Positions 51,042 through 63,515 of a DNA stretch of 64,000 nt are shown in pieces. A program made the position numbers and the translations under genes. The stretch is from Stylophora pistillata. Its lineage: Eukaryota. Under the pieces are notes generated by a model. The model did no database searches, was not told the origin of the DNA, and worked only from the letters and a program-made list of their open reading frames with translations. Where the stretch lies: contig NW_019217914.1 of the NCBI RefSeq assembly GCF_002571385.2, positions 194,552-258,551 on the forward strand, written 5' to 3'. The stretch's first letter is position 1. Every line of letters starts with the position of its first letter.

Positions 51042-51895
51042 GTTCAAGCATATATCGCAGGAGCATCTTTTTGCAAAGTCGCAGTTTCAGTGGAAGCCAA
51101 GATGAGACAGATTCAGATGCTGAGACAGTTTGCAGTGTTCAAAGCGAGTATATTTTGCGGCCCCACATGTCAGCTCGTGAAAGATATTTCAGCACATATC
51201 AGCTTAATACAATTTCTGAGGGTGAACCTAGAGACTTGATAAGGACCCAGAAATGGAGAAGCATGCCTGAGCTTGGTAGAAGCCATAGTCTTGGAAGTGT
51301 GTCATTCTATGGAGACTCTTTACCTGCTGGTTTTGATGAAACTAGAAAGAAAAAAAAGAAGCGCAAATTTGGTCGTCGATCTGGTCTCTATGTTGTAAAT
51401 GATGTGCCAGTGAGTGAAAAACCAAGATTGTCTATTGACAAAGGCAAGAGCAAAACAAAAAGTTCATTAATATTCCGCAAGAACAAGTCCAAGAAAGAAG
51501 CCTTGCATGTTAATGAGTTAACAAAGAAATGGTTTGACTCTACAACTGCTGTGAGTCGGCCAACAGGGGGCCAGAGTTTGGGAAGAATCATAGCTATGCG
51601 GGAAGATCTTGGGAGCGCTTATGTCTTAGAACTACAAAGGAGTCCTGGTGGATTGTTTGGGTTTTTCATTCAGAAGGGTTATCAACAATACAAGAAAGGA
51701 GTGTTTGTTAGTCGAATAATGGACTGTGCCTCTTCAAAGTTTATGGCTGGTCTGTTAAACCCTGGAGATGAGATCCTTGACATCAATGGAGAAAGTACTG
51801 CAAGCAAGACTATGTCAGAAGTACACAATATTCTAGCAAATTCTGACAAACTTGTTCTGACTGTTTTGCCATTTCTTGGTCGTAAGGATTGGTAA
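51042..51895 (+). CDS. KIAA1614-like PDZ protein, last exon (Par6-like PDZ domain, basic NLS-like run)
   Basis: Acceptor tttttaacag; LELQRSPGGLFGFFI...GVFVSRI...GLLNPGDEILDING PDZ; RKKKKKRK. The QRSPGGxFGF motif recalls KIAA1614 (from memory, not searched). Confidence 0.82.
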
Positions 51896-54800
51896 CCCCC
51901 TGGCAGTGTCCTTAGGAAAATTATATACTGAGATTTTTTTACCTGTATAACTTATTGTCAGTTTGTTTTAATGACATTTTGTTGGCAAAAGACCAAATTG
52001 AACTAGTCTGGTTATTGTATGGCTTTCATAGTTGTAAATTATTTATCAGTAAGTGTGGCAGCATACCAAGGTTATTGTATAGATTTTCAGTGTGGGTGAC
52101 TTCAGTCAAAAATTCATCATCATCACCAGTCTTCTTTGTGCTTTGTTGCGCATAAGGCCTTCGGTCAAAAATTAAAAAGGTGGAAAATTCAAATTGGGCA
52201 ATAACAAGTTCGCATCAATATTAGTTTTAAGATTTTGATATTGTGTAAATTTAATTTAATTAGGAAAATTTTGAAAAATTGGAATGAACTTGATTGTGTT
52301 TCAAGTAAAGGGTATCTAATGAGAACTATCTCACAGTTAATGCAAATTTATAAATTTTTCATAACTTTTTAAAAAATGGTCATTTACATTCCTAACCATA
52401 CAGATTTTCTCCTTCTTCAGTTACACTCATTCTTATGATATCACAGTAATGCTTCTCAGTTGCAGAGATCTTGTTATTTTACTGGACTCTGGATTGAAAG
52501 GATTGGGTTTCTCATTGTAATCTTTGTGCCTCACCAAGGAGTAAATATAGGTACCTTCTGTGAAGGGCACAAAAATCTCTGAGAAACCAGACAGCCTGTC
52601 AGAGAAGGCTCTTTAGCTGACTTTTCCGTTGTGTTTTCCTTTCTTAATAAAGTAATGTTGTAGAGTTTTCCTTAATTTATGTTGCAAAAAAACAATTAAA
52701 TATATCACAAATTGGTACTGTTAAACTCCATAGAGGACTAATTGCTTTCATTGTAAATAATTATTTTTGCAACATAAATTAATTAATTTATTATAGTTGT
52801 CAGCTGTTAATTGTAATTGAAATTTTGAACAGCAAGTAATATTGCTGTTATTTTTTAAGAAATACGTTGTATTTAACGTATGTATTCTGGTGAAAAGAGT
52901 GAATAGGATTACTGTCACTCTTTACTTTGTGACAAGCACAATATGTGGTTGTATAGAATTAAAAGAATTTAAGGTCATTTCTACTTCTTGGTCCAGTAAT
53001 GTCAATTTTAATGTATAGGTGGCGATTTGCCAAAGTATTTTTTTATGTCCATTATTTTTGTTGTGGTTCAAAAAGTATTGTATGATGTTCAGTAACACCT
53101 GTAAATTATTGTAACAGGTACTTATTGACTGTAAATAAAATGTTGGTAGTTGAAGTTGTTTCAATGAATGTTATGTTAGGTATCAATTTTATTTCAATGC
53201 TCCAACAGAGACTCACATGAACCTGAACTAAAGTTTGATCAATAACTGACTCTCCGGTTGTGGATTTGTTCACTCAAGGAATGGGGCCATCAGAGTTCTA
53301 TGATCTTTAATTTTAGGTTTTGTTTTTTCACTTGGCAATGCACAACCTTCACTGGCACCCAGTTAAGTTGATTTAACAGACTAACAGCAACACCTCATAG
53401 ACTCTAAATACACCCTAACAATAGTATGCATTGTTGCCATATAGTTTTCTGTACTTTTCCTGAGGTACTGACAAGGAAAATTTGTCTAACGAGCAAGAGC
53501 ATCTTTGATTGATGATCATTTCCTTTATTCTCATGACCTTGTGTTTGATCCACATATATAATTTATTATAAGGGGAAATTAGATGTTACTCCAAGGGATC
53601 AAGGGGTTCATGAATGCTATTCATATGCTGCGAGATTGTACATAGTCAGAGACTTTCACTACTGAAACAGGTAGATTGTTTTTCCGCAGACGTGTGTAAC
53701 AGTTGCTGTTGGCAACAAAGGTGATCGTTTTTAGTCACGTGACTTAGCACAAGAGGCAAACACACATGATAACATTCCTTTGCATTTCTTTGCCTGAGCT
53801 TTTGCTTTCAGTCGTTTATCTGCTTTCGTTTAGTAATACAACATAATCCAGCTAAAAGTGTTCTATAATATTTCTTTTCACCTAAAATCGAATTGATTAT
53901 CACAGATCTTGGGCAATTGTCTATGCTTTTACCACGGATGAAAGACCTTCCTTGTTTGTTTTGGAAAAGCCCACCATCATTTTAATCTCGGCAATACGAA
54001 GGAATGTGATCATGTGTGCTTACATTTGAGGCATCAGGGAAAGATCACCTGGGCTCAATTCAAATATGATTCTCTCCACCGGCAACTGTTTTGCGCATCT
54101 CCAAAAAAAAGTCTACCTGTTTTGGTAGTAAATCCAAGCTGCAACAATGATTCCTTTTGCTAGATCTCCAAACCAGTCCCTCCACTAACTATGCTTTGGC
54201 TATCCCCCCCCTCCCACCCACCACTATTCAAGATGTGGAAATTAAACAACTTGAAACAAAACAAACCACATAATAATGAGACAAAAAGTAAAAGAGGAAT
54301 ATTAGCACCTAAACCAAATTTCATTTGGATGAGACAACTAGAAGTATTGCTACTCCCTCAGATGGGGAATAGTAATCAATTGCAGGTTTACATCAGCTTT
54401 TCCTGATAGTTTGCAAGTAACCCAGTTATACTCCCCAGGTTTGGTTGTTTTAGAGAGCAGATAACACTATTCAACAGAAACATTGCTATCCAAAAGATAA
54501 GAGTTAACTGAACATACTGTGCTATCCATTGCATAGAGATTTCTCTTGCTGATAGTATTATCCACTCTGAACAACTGTGTCCTGATGGAGAGAGGCAATG
54601 TAAAAGTTGCGTATCTAAATCAACAACAAAGTTAAATAACCCCACATCGTTTGAATCCAGACTGTGTGAATCATAGTCTTCTTACATGTAGCCCAAAATG
54701 CCATTCAATTTCCAACCAAAAAAGTAACTAGAAGCTAATGAGAATTGTATCTGCACAGGATATTCTATGTTGTGTTAAACATGCATGCTTACATTGCTTG

Positions 54801-56436
54801 CATAACAGCAATATTAAAGTCGTGTTCAATAATTAAGCTGGGATCAACTCATGGCGTCTACTCATGGGAAATAAACATTTGCAGGTTCAACCCTAAAATG
54901 TTTTGTAAGCCATAACTACTGTGTCAATTTTAATTTTAATTCAGATTAGTGTTCTAATTAATTTTTAACATTGTTTTCATTCAGTTACTTTAGTTTATCA
55001 AAACAGCATAATCCTTTTCTTAAAAATCATACATTCAATAAATATCTTAAACATCAATTTACTACAGACTTTCTTTTCCCCAGAAATACAAAGGGTAATT
55101 GCAAATATGATACACAATCAGATTGATGACAATAATTTAATTAAAGTGACCTTTCTTTAAATAACAATGATACGTTGGACTGCAACCTCTTGCCACTATA
55201 AATAATACAATTCATAACAAATACCACATAACCATGCTTGCAACTAATGACCCCTTATAATAAGGAGCACCAACTGGTAACTGATACTTACTATGTAAGA
55301 AATTTCATTGTATCTACATGTGGTTTATTATCTTACCAAATAATCTGCCACAAAATTTTCTTCATATGTATGACGAATAGTGTTTTATAATAAAGATCTC
55401 GGGAGGATATTCCTACATTATCCTGGGTGGATTAAATACTGAATGTTTTCAGTCACAGATACTGTTCAAAGTTTTTTATGATGGGTGTGCTATTGAACTG
55501 TATTTAGAAGCCTGTTGAGTTCAATCGAAAATAGCCCTATGGTGAAGGTAGAGACAATTTCCACTTAAAAGTTACTTTCAAATGTTGCTCTGTTGCATGC
55601 GGAGTCCCCTTCTTCTCTATGTAAGAGAGTTATGTCATTCACTGCTAATTAACCAACATGCAAAGACAAAACAAAACAAAGAAGAAGAAAAAACAAACAG
55701 CAAAACGAAACTAAATGAGGTTGAGAAAAATTAACATAGGTTGTAAACAAAAACTAGAAACAATTTGGTTACAAGTTTAAGGATTCACAAGCCATGCTTA
55801 TACATGACAACCATCAGTGCAAGGTGTAATTCCTTTGCATTTCTTTTGGGGTGAGGGTGCATCGTTGACCAGGGTTCACATCAACTCGAGAATCTACACC
55901 AGCTTATTACTTGGTACCGTGTATCATTAATTATTACAGGTAGTTAATTTTTACAAGTTCAGTATCTATATGTTATAAATAATTTGTCTTAAAAACTGAT
56001 AGGTGCCTGATTGATGATAGTGTCATGTAAGTACATGAAATTCTGAATGTATGTAAATTATTTTCAAGGTGAAAGATGTCTTTAGATGTGTGTTGCACAA
56101 ATTTGCAAGATTTCAACTAGATCTTCTCTGTGCTAAGGTCACTGCAGTACTGCATGCCTGTGGCAAAGATCTCTCTGGGTATAATGTGATGGCAAAAAAT
56201 GAGCTGAGCTAACTAGGAGATCATTTCAATTTCATTCAATAGGCATCATCACTTCAAATCAAAGTCTCAAATGCTTTAAACACTTGACTGAAATCTGTAA
56301 CTGTGTTCTGCACTTAAAAACTGCATGCTGTACAGCTATTTATTATCTTCAAAAGTGTCCATCATGAAAGAGGAAACATTCAACAAGCTCTGCTATACCC
56401 TAAAGAGGCCAAACTTTAAATGCACTTCCCATTTTT

Positions 56437-56781
<345 letters not shown>

Positions 56782-56980
56782 CTACTCATTAGTATAGAAC
56801 AAAATTGGAAACTGACTGGCTAGTGAAAGCCACACCACAAATGAAAACCTTAACTTCAACAAGAAAAATCATTTTAGACCACCCAAATAAATCATGATGG
56901 TAACATACTGTTGGCTAAATATCAAATTTTCATTTGATTTGTTTCATGTCACTCCTGCTGACAGCAGTCATGCTGATAAA

Positions 56981-57075
56981 GGATCTGAAGATGACTTTCT
57001 CTCCGGTTGTTTAAACATTAATCACCAACAACAGCCCTCTTCAGGACAACCCTCACCCACACAATAACACTCTTT
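56981..57075 (+). repeat. Decayed Penelope pLTR fragment with broken hammerhead
   Basis: ctgaagatgactttctctccggttgtttaaacattaatcaccaacaacagccctcttcaggacaaccctcaccc aligns by eye to 27665-27745; the GAAAC-GTC segment is mutated. Confidence 0.65.
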
Positions 57076-57117
57076 GACCACAAATTGTATGTCACACACA
57101 AAAGTTTTGTCATTTAC

Positions 57118-57360
57118 CTGAAGCTAACATGTTGCCCGATGAGTTTACACAAACAGATGCCACACAGCTATCACCAGTGGCTACGGCATCTATACATCTC
57201 TGTGACCTCAGGTCCCACAGCCTTACAGTATTATCTGCAGACCCTGAGGCTATGATATCATCACTGTCAGCATACACAGCCATGACGTGTCCTGAGTGAC
57301 CTTTGAGTTGTCCTATCGTCTGACCAGTACTGCAGTCAGAGATCATAATATTTCCATCTC
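57118..57360 (-). CDS. WDR47: WDR47 exon
   Basis: GDGNIMISDC...GHSGHV...ASGSADNTVRLWDLR; AG/GT bounded. Confidence 0.92.
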
Positions 57361-57463
57361 CTGTTTGATAGAATAAAAAAGAAATTCAATGCACTGTGAT
57401 TTAAGAATGACATGGTCTTTCTAAAGAAGACAACATCAGGATAAAACAAAAGATACCACTTAA

Positions 57464-58448
57464 AGTGTATGTGACACTTTATTTTTTAAGTATTTTCCTT
57501 TCTTGATATATGCAATATATGAAAAATGTTTTGATAACGCGAAAAAAAAATAATTTGGATGAATTTTTGCGGCCGAAATACCGCCAATTTCCATATGAAA
57601 GTGTCCAGGGAAACTGGGGATGATAATTGTCCTTGTCATGTCACAGTGTTTGATAACATTGCTGTCGCGCGCAGGTGCCTAATTTCTCTTGCTTGGGGCT
57701 TTGAATGTGCGAGTGATTAATGCTAATTTTTGACCCACACTGTTTAATTTGGCGATGTCTACCAATTCGACCCCCATGCTTTGATGGTTTCCCTTCCCTT
57801 TCAGCCATATTGTTTTGTTTATCAAACACAGTGACGTCACAGAAGTATATCATGTGACATTTTGGCCACGCGATTTCTGGGACAATTTTAACATGAAGGT
57901 AGCACGCATTTTGAACGGAAAAAAAAGGGTTTCAAAGTATTCTCAAGATCTAAAAACTTTACAGTCGTTTTTCTAACATTACCAATGACCAGAATCAGCG
58001 GGAATAAAAATTGTGTCATATACAGTAAAAAACCCGCAAGTAAGAACCTAAAAATTAAGAACCTGTCGGCCTAAAATTTGCCATTTATACCCCCTATAAA
58101 CAAGAACCTATTTAGCCTAAGAAAATTAAAATAGGTTCTTATTTTCTAAAATCATATAGTACATTACAGGTACACTGAAATTATTTACTGTAATCATAAT
58201 TGAAGAAAAACCAGATTGCCATTGCTGTAAAACATTATTTTCTTAAGAAAAATGAGTGCAAAATATGTAGTTACAAAATATAGGACAATTACCAACTTAT
58301 TATGCAGGTGTGTTTTTCTCCAAAAATAAGAACCTGTTTTAAGAACCTAAATAGCCTAAAAATTTTGTTAAGTACCATTTAAATAAGAACCTGTTTAGGC
58401 TAACTCCTAAAAATGTAGGTTCTTACTTGTGGGTTTTTACTGTACACT
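57464..58448. mobile_element. Kolobok-like TTAA element whose right TIR is interrupted by a mariner-type MITE
   Basis: TTAA at 57460-63 and 58449-52. Left agtgtatgtgacac pairs with right gtgtcata[ta + insert]cact. Confidence 0.7.
58023..58442. mobile_element. Tc1/mariner-type MITE
   Basis: TA TSD; TIRs cagtaaaaaacccgcaagtaagaaccta / taggttcttacttgtgggtttttactg; internal taagaacct repeats. Confidence 0.82.
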
Positions 58449-58839
58449 TTAAGAGAGCTTCTTAAGTCAAGGTAGTTTACAACCTTGCTCAAGTATACCA
58501 AGTCCCCATACTGTTCTCTATAAATTTCTAGTGATATCAACAAGGAGAAAATTTTCTACAATCAAGAGCTTCTTAAGTTGGAAAGTATTTCTTCTATTCT
58601 CGTGACTCTTCTGATTGGTTCAGCAGCGACACAATGAGAAGAAATTAGATGGTTATCACTTTTAGGGGCTAAAGAGTTCCATAGAGTGATGGACCCCTAG
58701 AACAATTATTTTCCTGAAGTTGAACTTGGATGAGAATAGGGTGGTTTAGAGGTGAAGACATCGAGCATTTTTTATGTGGTCATTGTCTGTTTACGGGGTG
58801 TCTCTGAGGGGAAGGTTTACTTAGAAACAAAGTAACTAC

Positions 58840-59111
58840 CTGCTCCTCCAGACACTAGCACTGGTGTCCCACTGGCTCGGGAAACAAAGGCCAGGTCCCT
58901 GACTGTACCATTGTGGATAGCAAGCTCCAGCCCTGGCCAAGTCACAGAACAGGTTTCAGCATCAAACCTGGTCATCTTTATGCTTTTATCATTTGATCCT
59001 GTAGCTATTACATCTCCTGTGGCACTCCATGCTACACAATAAATGGAGCCCCGGTGATGACGGTTGCTTTTGAAGAGAATGGTTGGTTGTGGAGGTTGGC
59101 CACTGCCTTTA
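58840..59111 (-). CDS. WDR47: WDR47 exon
   Basis: HHRGSIYCVAWSATGDVIATGSNDK...HNGTVRDLAF...LVSGGA. Confidence 0.93.
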
Positions 59112-59619
59112 CTATATAAAAAAAAGCATCCAATTAACAAAGTGTAAAATAAACAGCTTATGAAGTTGGCTATAAATTTACCTCCCATGTACTTCAAGGT
59201 TTCAACAATTTCTAAGTCATAAAATTCTATAGCATAATAAGACTTTTCCAGAAACTTTTTGATGTTTTCCATAATCTATAATTGAGAGGTAAATTAAAAT
59301 ATGTAAAAATGATTGTGCCGAGTTTTTTTCCTCTCTTTTTCTAAAATTTGCGTTTTTTCCATGACTTCCTAGAAACCATACTCAAATTTCTTGACTTGCC
59401 TCCAAGCCTGGAAAATTATAAGGTGGAATTTCTTTCTTTTAGCTGCATGACCAGTTTATTTTACATTTAGCATTTACTATTTCTGAGCAGTCATGTTCCC
59501 TCTTCAAAAGTATTACAACTGGAATTAATTTATATTCTGTATATCTCACACCAATAAAAATTGTTACACTGTTGTTGTTGTTGAATATGAAAAGTGAAAG
59601 TCATGCTAAAAACCAGTAC

Positions 59620-59926
59620 CTTTCCACTCTCCTCTGGGAATTCAACCCTTCAGCTGTGCACACTCTTAAAGTCTTGGAATTTGATCCAATAGCAAACAAA
59701 TCTCCTGATGGATGAAATGCTATTGCTCTGATAGCTTGCACATCTTCTAGTGTAGCCACTGTATAAAACTTGGCCTCAGAGGATGACTGCAGAAATTGTT
59801 TCTGTTTTTCCAGGAGTGAAACATAATTTCTATAGTTACCATTGTTGATGGTAACGGTGGTGTTGTTTGGTGGTGAATTGGTGGAAGGTTTACGGTATGT
59901 CATGTTAACTGTCCCCATTTCTCTCT
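59620..59926 (-). CDS. WDR47: WDR47 exon (start of WD40 propeller)
   Basis: LEDVQAIRAIAFHPSGDLFAIGSNSKTLRVC; phases are consistent with neighbours. Confidence 0.92.
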
Positions 59927-60107
59927 CTGTGAAATGATTATAGCATAAAAATTCAGAAAAAGTGCTTTGTCAACTTAGCTTTACCATTTCTACTTACATG
60001 TATTTAGAAATTTACTTGCCCAACAGAAAAATTCAATTCATTGCAAAAAATTCATATTAACAAAGATTTAGTAATACATAGACAGGTAAAAACGAACGAT
60101 ATAATAT

Positions 60108-60146
60108 CCCGACGTTTCGGCGACTTCATGACACCATTATCAAGGG
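60108..60146 (-). ncRNA. Variant minimal hammerhead ribozyme (U3-A8 core)
   Basis: Minus strand reads ccc UUGAUAA u ggug ucaugaagu cgcc GAAA cg UC ggg. The mirrored + copy (60181-60219) has GAAA>AAAA and GUC>GUU. Confidence 0.7.
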
Positions 60147-60479
60147 TATAATGTTAATGTTAACTTTATTTTCATTTTTACCCTTGATAATGGCGTCATG
60201 AAGTCGCCAAAACGTTGGGATATTATAGCCTGCAGTGCCTGCGTATTTTGGGCGCATGAGTGCACATTTTCATATCAGGCTGCTATCTTAGATTTGGTAA
60301 CTGTGGAGGATTGGGGCGAAGAAATATTTTCCGAGGGAGTAGGTGTTAAGTGGAAAAATGGGCAACGGGAGAGAGGGAGGGGAAGGAAAAAATACGCCTG
60401 CCCACAAAGCCTGTGATTTTGCAAAACGCCCCCTAATTAGCAGCGGTTGACCACCTTTCCGGAAATGTGCAAGTAGCCA

Positions 60480-61043
60480 ATGAACATCGATTTTTGCTTT
60501 TACCGGATGGAAGCCAAAAATTTACTTCTGACAAAAACATTGACACACATGTATTTGTCAACTTCGTGCAAAACAGAATCAATCGAGCGAGCGAGCGAGT
60601 ATGTGAGTGAAGTTATGTTGGAAAGACGTCCTAACGACAGCTCTAGGATTTGCAAAAGCTCTTTTAAAGTGAAATTCGGAAATATTCCCGGCAAACAAGT
60701 GTACTCGTCCTCAGAAAACCTTTTTAGACCATTGCAGAGAAAGGTCAGCCTTGGAGTTGTTTTAGCAAAGGTTTGTAGTCGTGTTGGATTAGTATTGTTG
60801 CACGATCCTGCAACATATTCTGATCGCGTTTGCAACCCGTGTGGTCGAAAAATTCACAGTCTTGGCCAGTTGTTCGAGTTTGTCAAAGTGGGGATGACTC
60901 CAACGGTAAACTCCGTATCTAAAAGCATGAAACGCACACTGGCAACTCCGGAGAAAGCGAGCCCTTCATGGAGAAAATCAAAACTTGGTAGAGTTAATTC
61001 GGCAACAGCCAAGACACTATCGCCACAGTCAGCTGGCAAATAA
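60480..61043 (+). pseudogene. Zn-finger-like (zf-AD-like) N-terminal fragment of the transposon's forward ORF
   Basis: SRICK...ENLF...SDRVCNPCGRKI pattern; truncated and located inside the TIRs. Confidence 0.5.
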
Positions 61044-61161
61044 AGAAAATCTCATCCACAATTATTGCAGCAAGGTTTTGGTGCAATGGTGATGTGCTCT
61101 TTTTCAGGGAAGAGAGAAAAGGCTTCGCTAGTATTTCTTCTGCGGATGCAAATATCAGTTG

Positions 61162-61503
61162 CTATTTGCCGTTTTCAACATCTTGTAAACTAGCACCAGC
61201 AAGGGATGTCGCTGTCAAACCCATTAAAGATGCTTCGGACAGCTGATCTTGCATGATGCTTTTGAGCGGACAGACAACAATCACACACGCAGCTTTCAAC
61301 GATAATATTTGCTTCACGCGGATCAACAACTGGACGAGGCTTTTACCAAAGCCCGTCGGAAGAACTTCTAGGAAATCCCTTCCATGAACAAGAGAAGAAA
61401 TGGCTTCCTTTTGTTCCAGGCATAATACAAGTGACATACCCAGCTCAGAGAGAAATAAAAGCACTTCTGCGAGAGCGGCATCAAAGCTTAGCGTATCCAC
61501 CAT
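61162..61503 (-). pseudogene. RecQ-like SF2 helicase N-terminal fragment
   Basis: Q motif EQKEAI, Walker A GRDFLEVLPTGFGKSL and motif Ia VVCPLKSIMQDQ; no DEAH box follows. Confidence 0.82.
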
Positions 61504-62051
61504 TTTCTCTCCAAATCACTCCCGCTCCCAATTGTGGAACAATTGGAAGAAAACTACTTTAGATGACATGCATCAATCCAGTTTCAACCTACCGCACCAG
61601 TCAGAGGCCCTGTCCACCTGGTGTATGGGTTTTGCAAAATCACAGGCTTTGCGGGCAGGCGTATTTTTTCCTTCCCCTCCCTCTCCCCCATTGCCCATTT
61701 TCCCACTTAACACCTACTCCCTCTGCAAATATTTCCTCGCCTCAATCCTCCCCAGTTACCAAATCTAAGATGGCGGCCTAATACGAAAATGTGCACTCGT
61801 GCGCCCAAAATACACCGGCACTGCAGGCTAGGATATTATATCATTCGTTTTACCTGTCTATGTATTGAAAAAAAAAAAATAAAATAACAGAAATGTATAG
61901 CAATGTCCTAAGCATCAAAATCCATATTATCTACACTCTTCTCTATATATTTCCTATTCTATCGCCTACAAGAATTTGTTCAACAATGAAAGCATCTTGG
62001 GTTGATGATCATTTCCTTGTTTCTCGTGACGTCAATGAGTGATTGAGCAGT

Positions 62052-62600
62052 ATTCATCAAAGTATTTTATTTAAGATCCTTCTGATCACGTATGGGGCTG
62101 TTCATGGGCTTGCACCTAATTATATACTAGAATCAATTAAGTTAAAGACCCCAGGAAGGTACAGATTATGATCTTGTAATGAAGATCTATTACTGGAATT
62201 ACCAAAAGGAAAGAGGTACTCAACACTCGGTGACCGACCTTTTCAAACAGCTGCACCAAAACTTTGGAATGTTGTTCCATATTTTATTAGAAATTCAAAA
62301 TTGTTGAATCTTTTAAAAAAATATTTAAAGACGTATTTACTTAAAGAAGCTTTTAGTTGTTAAATATTGAATTACATTAGATTAGATTATATATATTTTT
62401 TGTACTTAAACTACACTTTTATACATTTTTAGATATTTTATTGACATATGTTTAGCATATATATTATTTCATTATTAGATTTTTTTCTTTTTCTATTTGT
62501 TGTTGTTTTTTCTTCAGTTAGATTTTTGTAACATTTTATTTTCTGCACTGATGAAAATGTATATTGATATTAGTGCAATATAAGTTAATATTCTTAATAT
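62052..62600 (+). mobile_element. L2 LINE 3' fragment
   Basis: ILFKILLITYGAVHGLAPNYI...TLGDRPFQTAAPKLWNVVPYFIR...YLKTYLLKEAF with an in-frame stop, followed by an AT-rich 3' UTR. Confidence 0.78.
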
Positions 62601-62684
62601 TGCTCTAAAAAGAAATTAGATGCTGGTCACTTTTAGGGTTTTAAAGATTGAAAGTGCTGAAAACTACAGTTACTGTATCGGTAC

Positions 62685-62774
62685 CTTTCTGAATGACACT
62701 GTCAGGTTCTGTTTGGGTCATTTTTACTTCTGCTGGATGTAGATTACCACTTGGAGCTCTTGAGTTCTCTGCTC
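62685..62774 (-). CDS. WDR47: WDR47 small linker exon (not in the ORF track)
   Basis: 90 nt, AG/GT bounded, phase 1/1, open frame AENSRAPSGNLHPAEVKMTQTEPDSVIQK bridging the adjacent exons. Confidence 0.72.
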
Positions 62775-63123
62775 CTTAAAAGGAAAACCAATAATCACTA
62801 ACAATGAAACAATGTTGTCAATGAACATTTCAAGCTGTAAATGTTTTCAACTTCAAAATGTATGCAAATTATTTCCCATTTCTTGAGAATAACCATAAAC
62901 AAGGGGTACATGGAAGAGGAAACAAATGTGATTTGTAATGGACCATGATATTCTCTTCCAAATTATTTTAATTTGCTTGTGAAACAGAGGGAGACCTGCA
63001 TGTTGCATAAAAAGTCAACATGGGGTTAATTCTGTGTAACCCTTCAAAAAAATAATAATTCAATTGTCCAAACATTGAAGAAAGGAAATCAATGCATATC
63101 TTTTAAATACAGTGTGTACATAC

Positions 63124-63472
63124 TTGAGTCCACTACAAATGTCATCCCACTTCTTTTAGGTTGTCCATTTTCTGTTGCTGCTCCCTCCTTCAAACCTTGT
63201 GACACTGCTTCTACCTTCACATTAGGGGACTGCATTTGGTGACTGGCAGGTGTGTTGCTCCCGATGTTGGCGGATTTAATCATCTCTGGTGTGGGCACAT
63301 TAGTACTGATACCCTCACCTTGAAATGGGATTATAATGTCCTTATTTTCCCCCATGGCCCCAATCTTGTGTGTACCACCACCCTGTGGCACCAAGGCTCG
63401 GCGCACACCATTGACTTTAGGTCCTCGTTTCATAGGGATCTGTTGATTGTGGGAGACACCGTTCTCCATGTC
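63124..63472 (-). CDS. WDR47: WDR47 linker-region exon (gene continues beyond the window)
   Basis: ttttatcttgcag acceptor and GTATGT donor; open low-complexity frame in phase with the downstream exons. Confidence 0.75.
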
Positions 63473-63515
63473 CTGCAAGATAAAAGATATCATATCATAG
63501 ATTTAGTTCTCCAAA

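Larger units (their letters stand above)
60226..61830. mobile_element. AcademH-like non-autonomous DNA transposon with RecQ-helicase fragment
   Basis: TAG...CTA termini; ~200-bp imperfect TIRs (60226-~60427 and ~61630-61830); 8-bp TSD ggatatta (60218-25 and 61831-38); convergent ORF remnants inside. Confidence 0.8.
60073..61866. mobile_element. ~180-bp palindromic mini-element with two outward-facing hammerheads, split by a later TIR insertion
   Basis: Left arm 60073-60148 pairs with the right arm formed by 60179-60225 plus 61839-61866; 30-nt AT-rich spacer. Confidence 0.8.

Noticed and set aside
58040-58420. Recurrent taagaacct units as a CRISPR-like array
   Set aside because: Irregularly spaced subterminal repeats inside a TA-flanked MITE in a eukaryotic intron; no cas genes.
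62543-62580. CTGATGA motif as a possible further hammerhead
   Set aside because: No stem II-GAAA-stem III arrangement follows; it lies in an L2 3' UTR.
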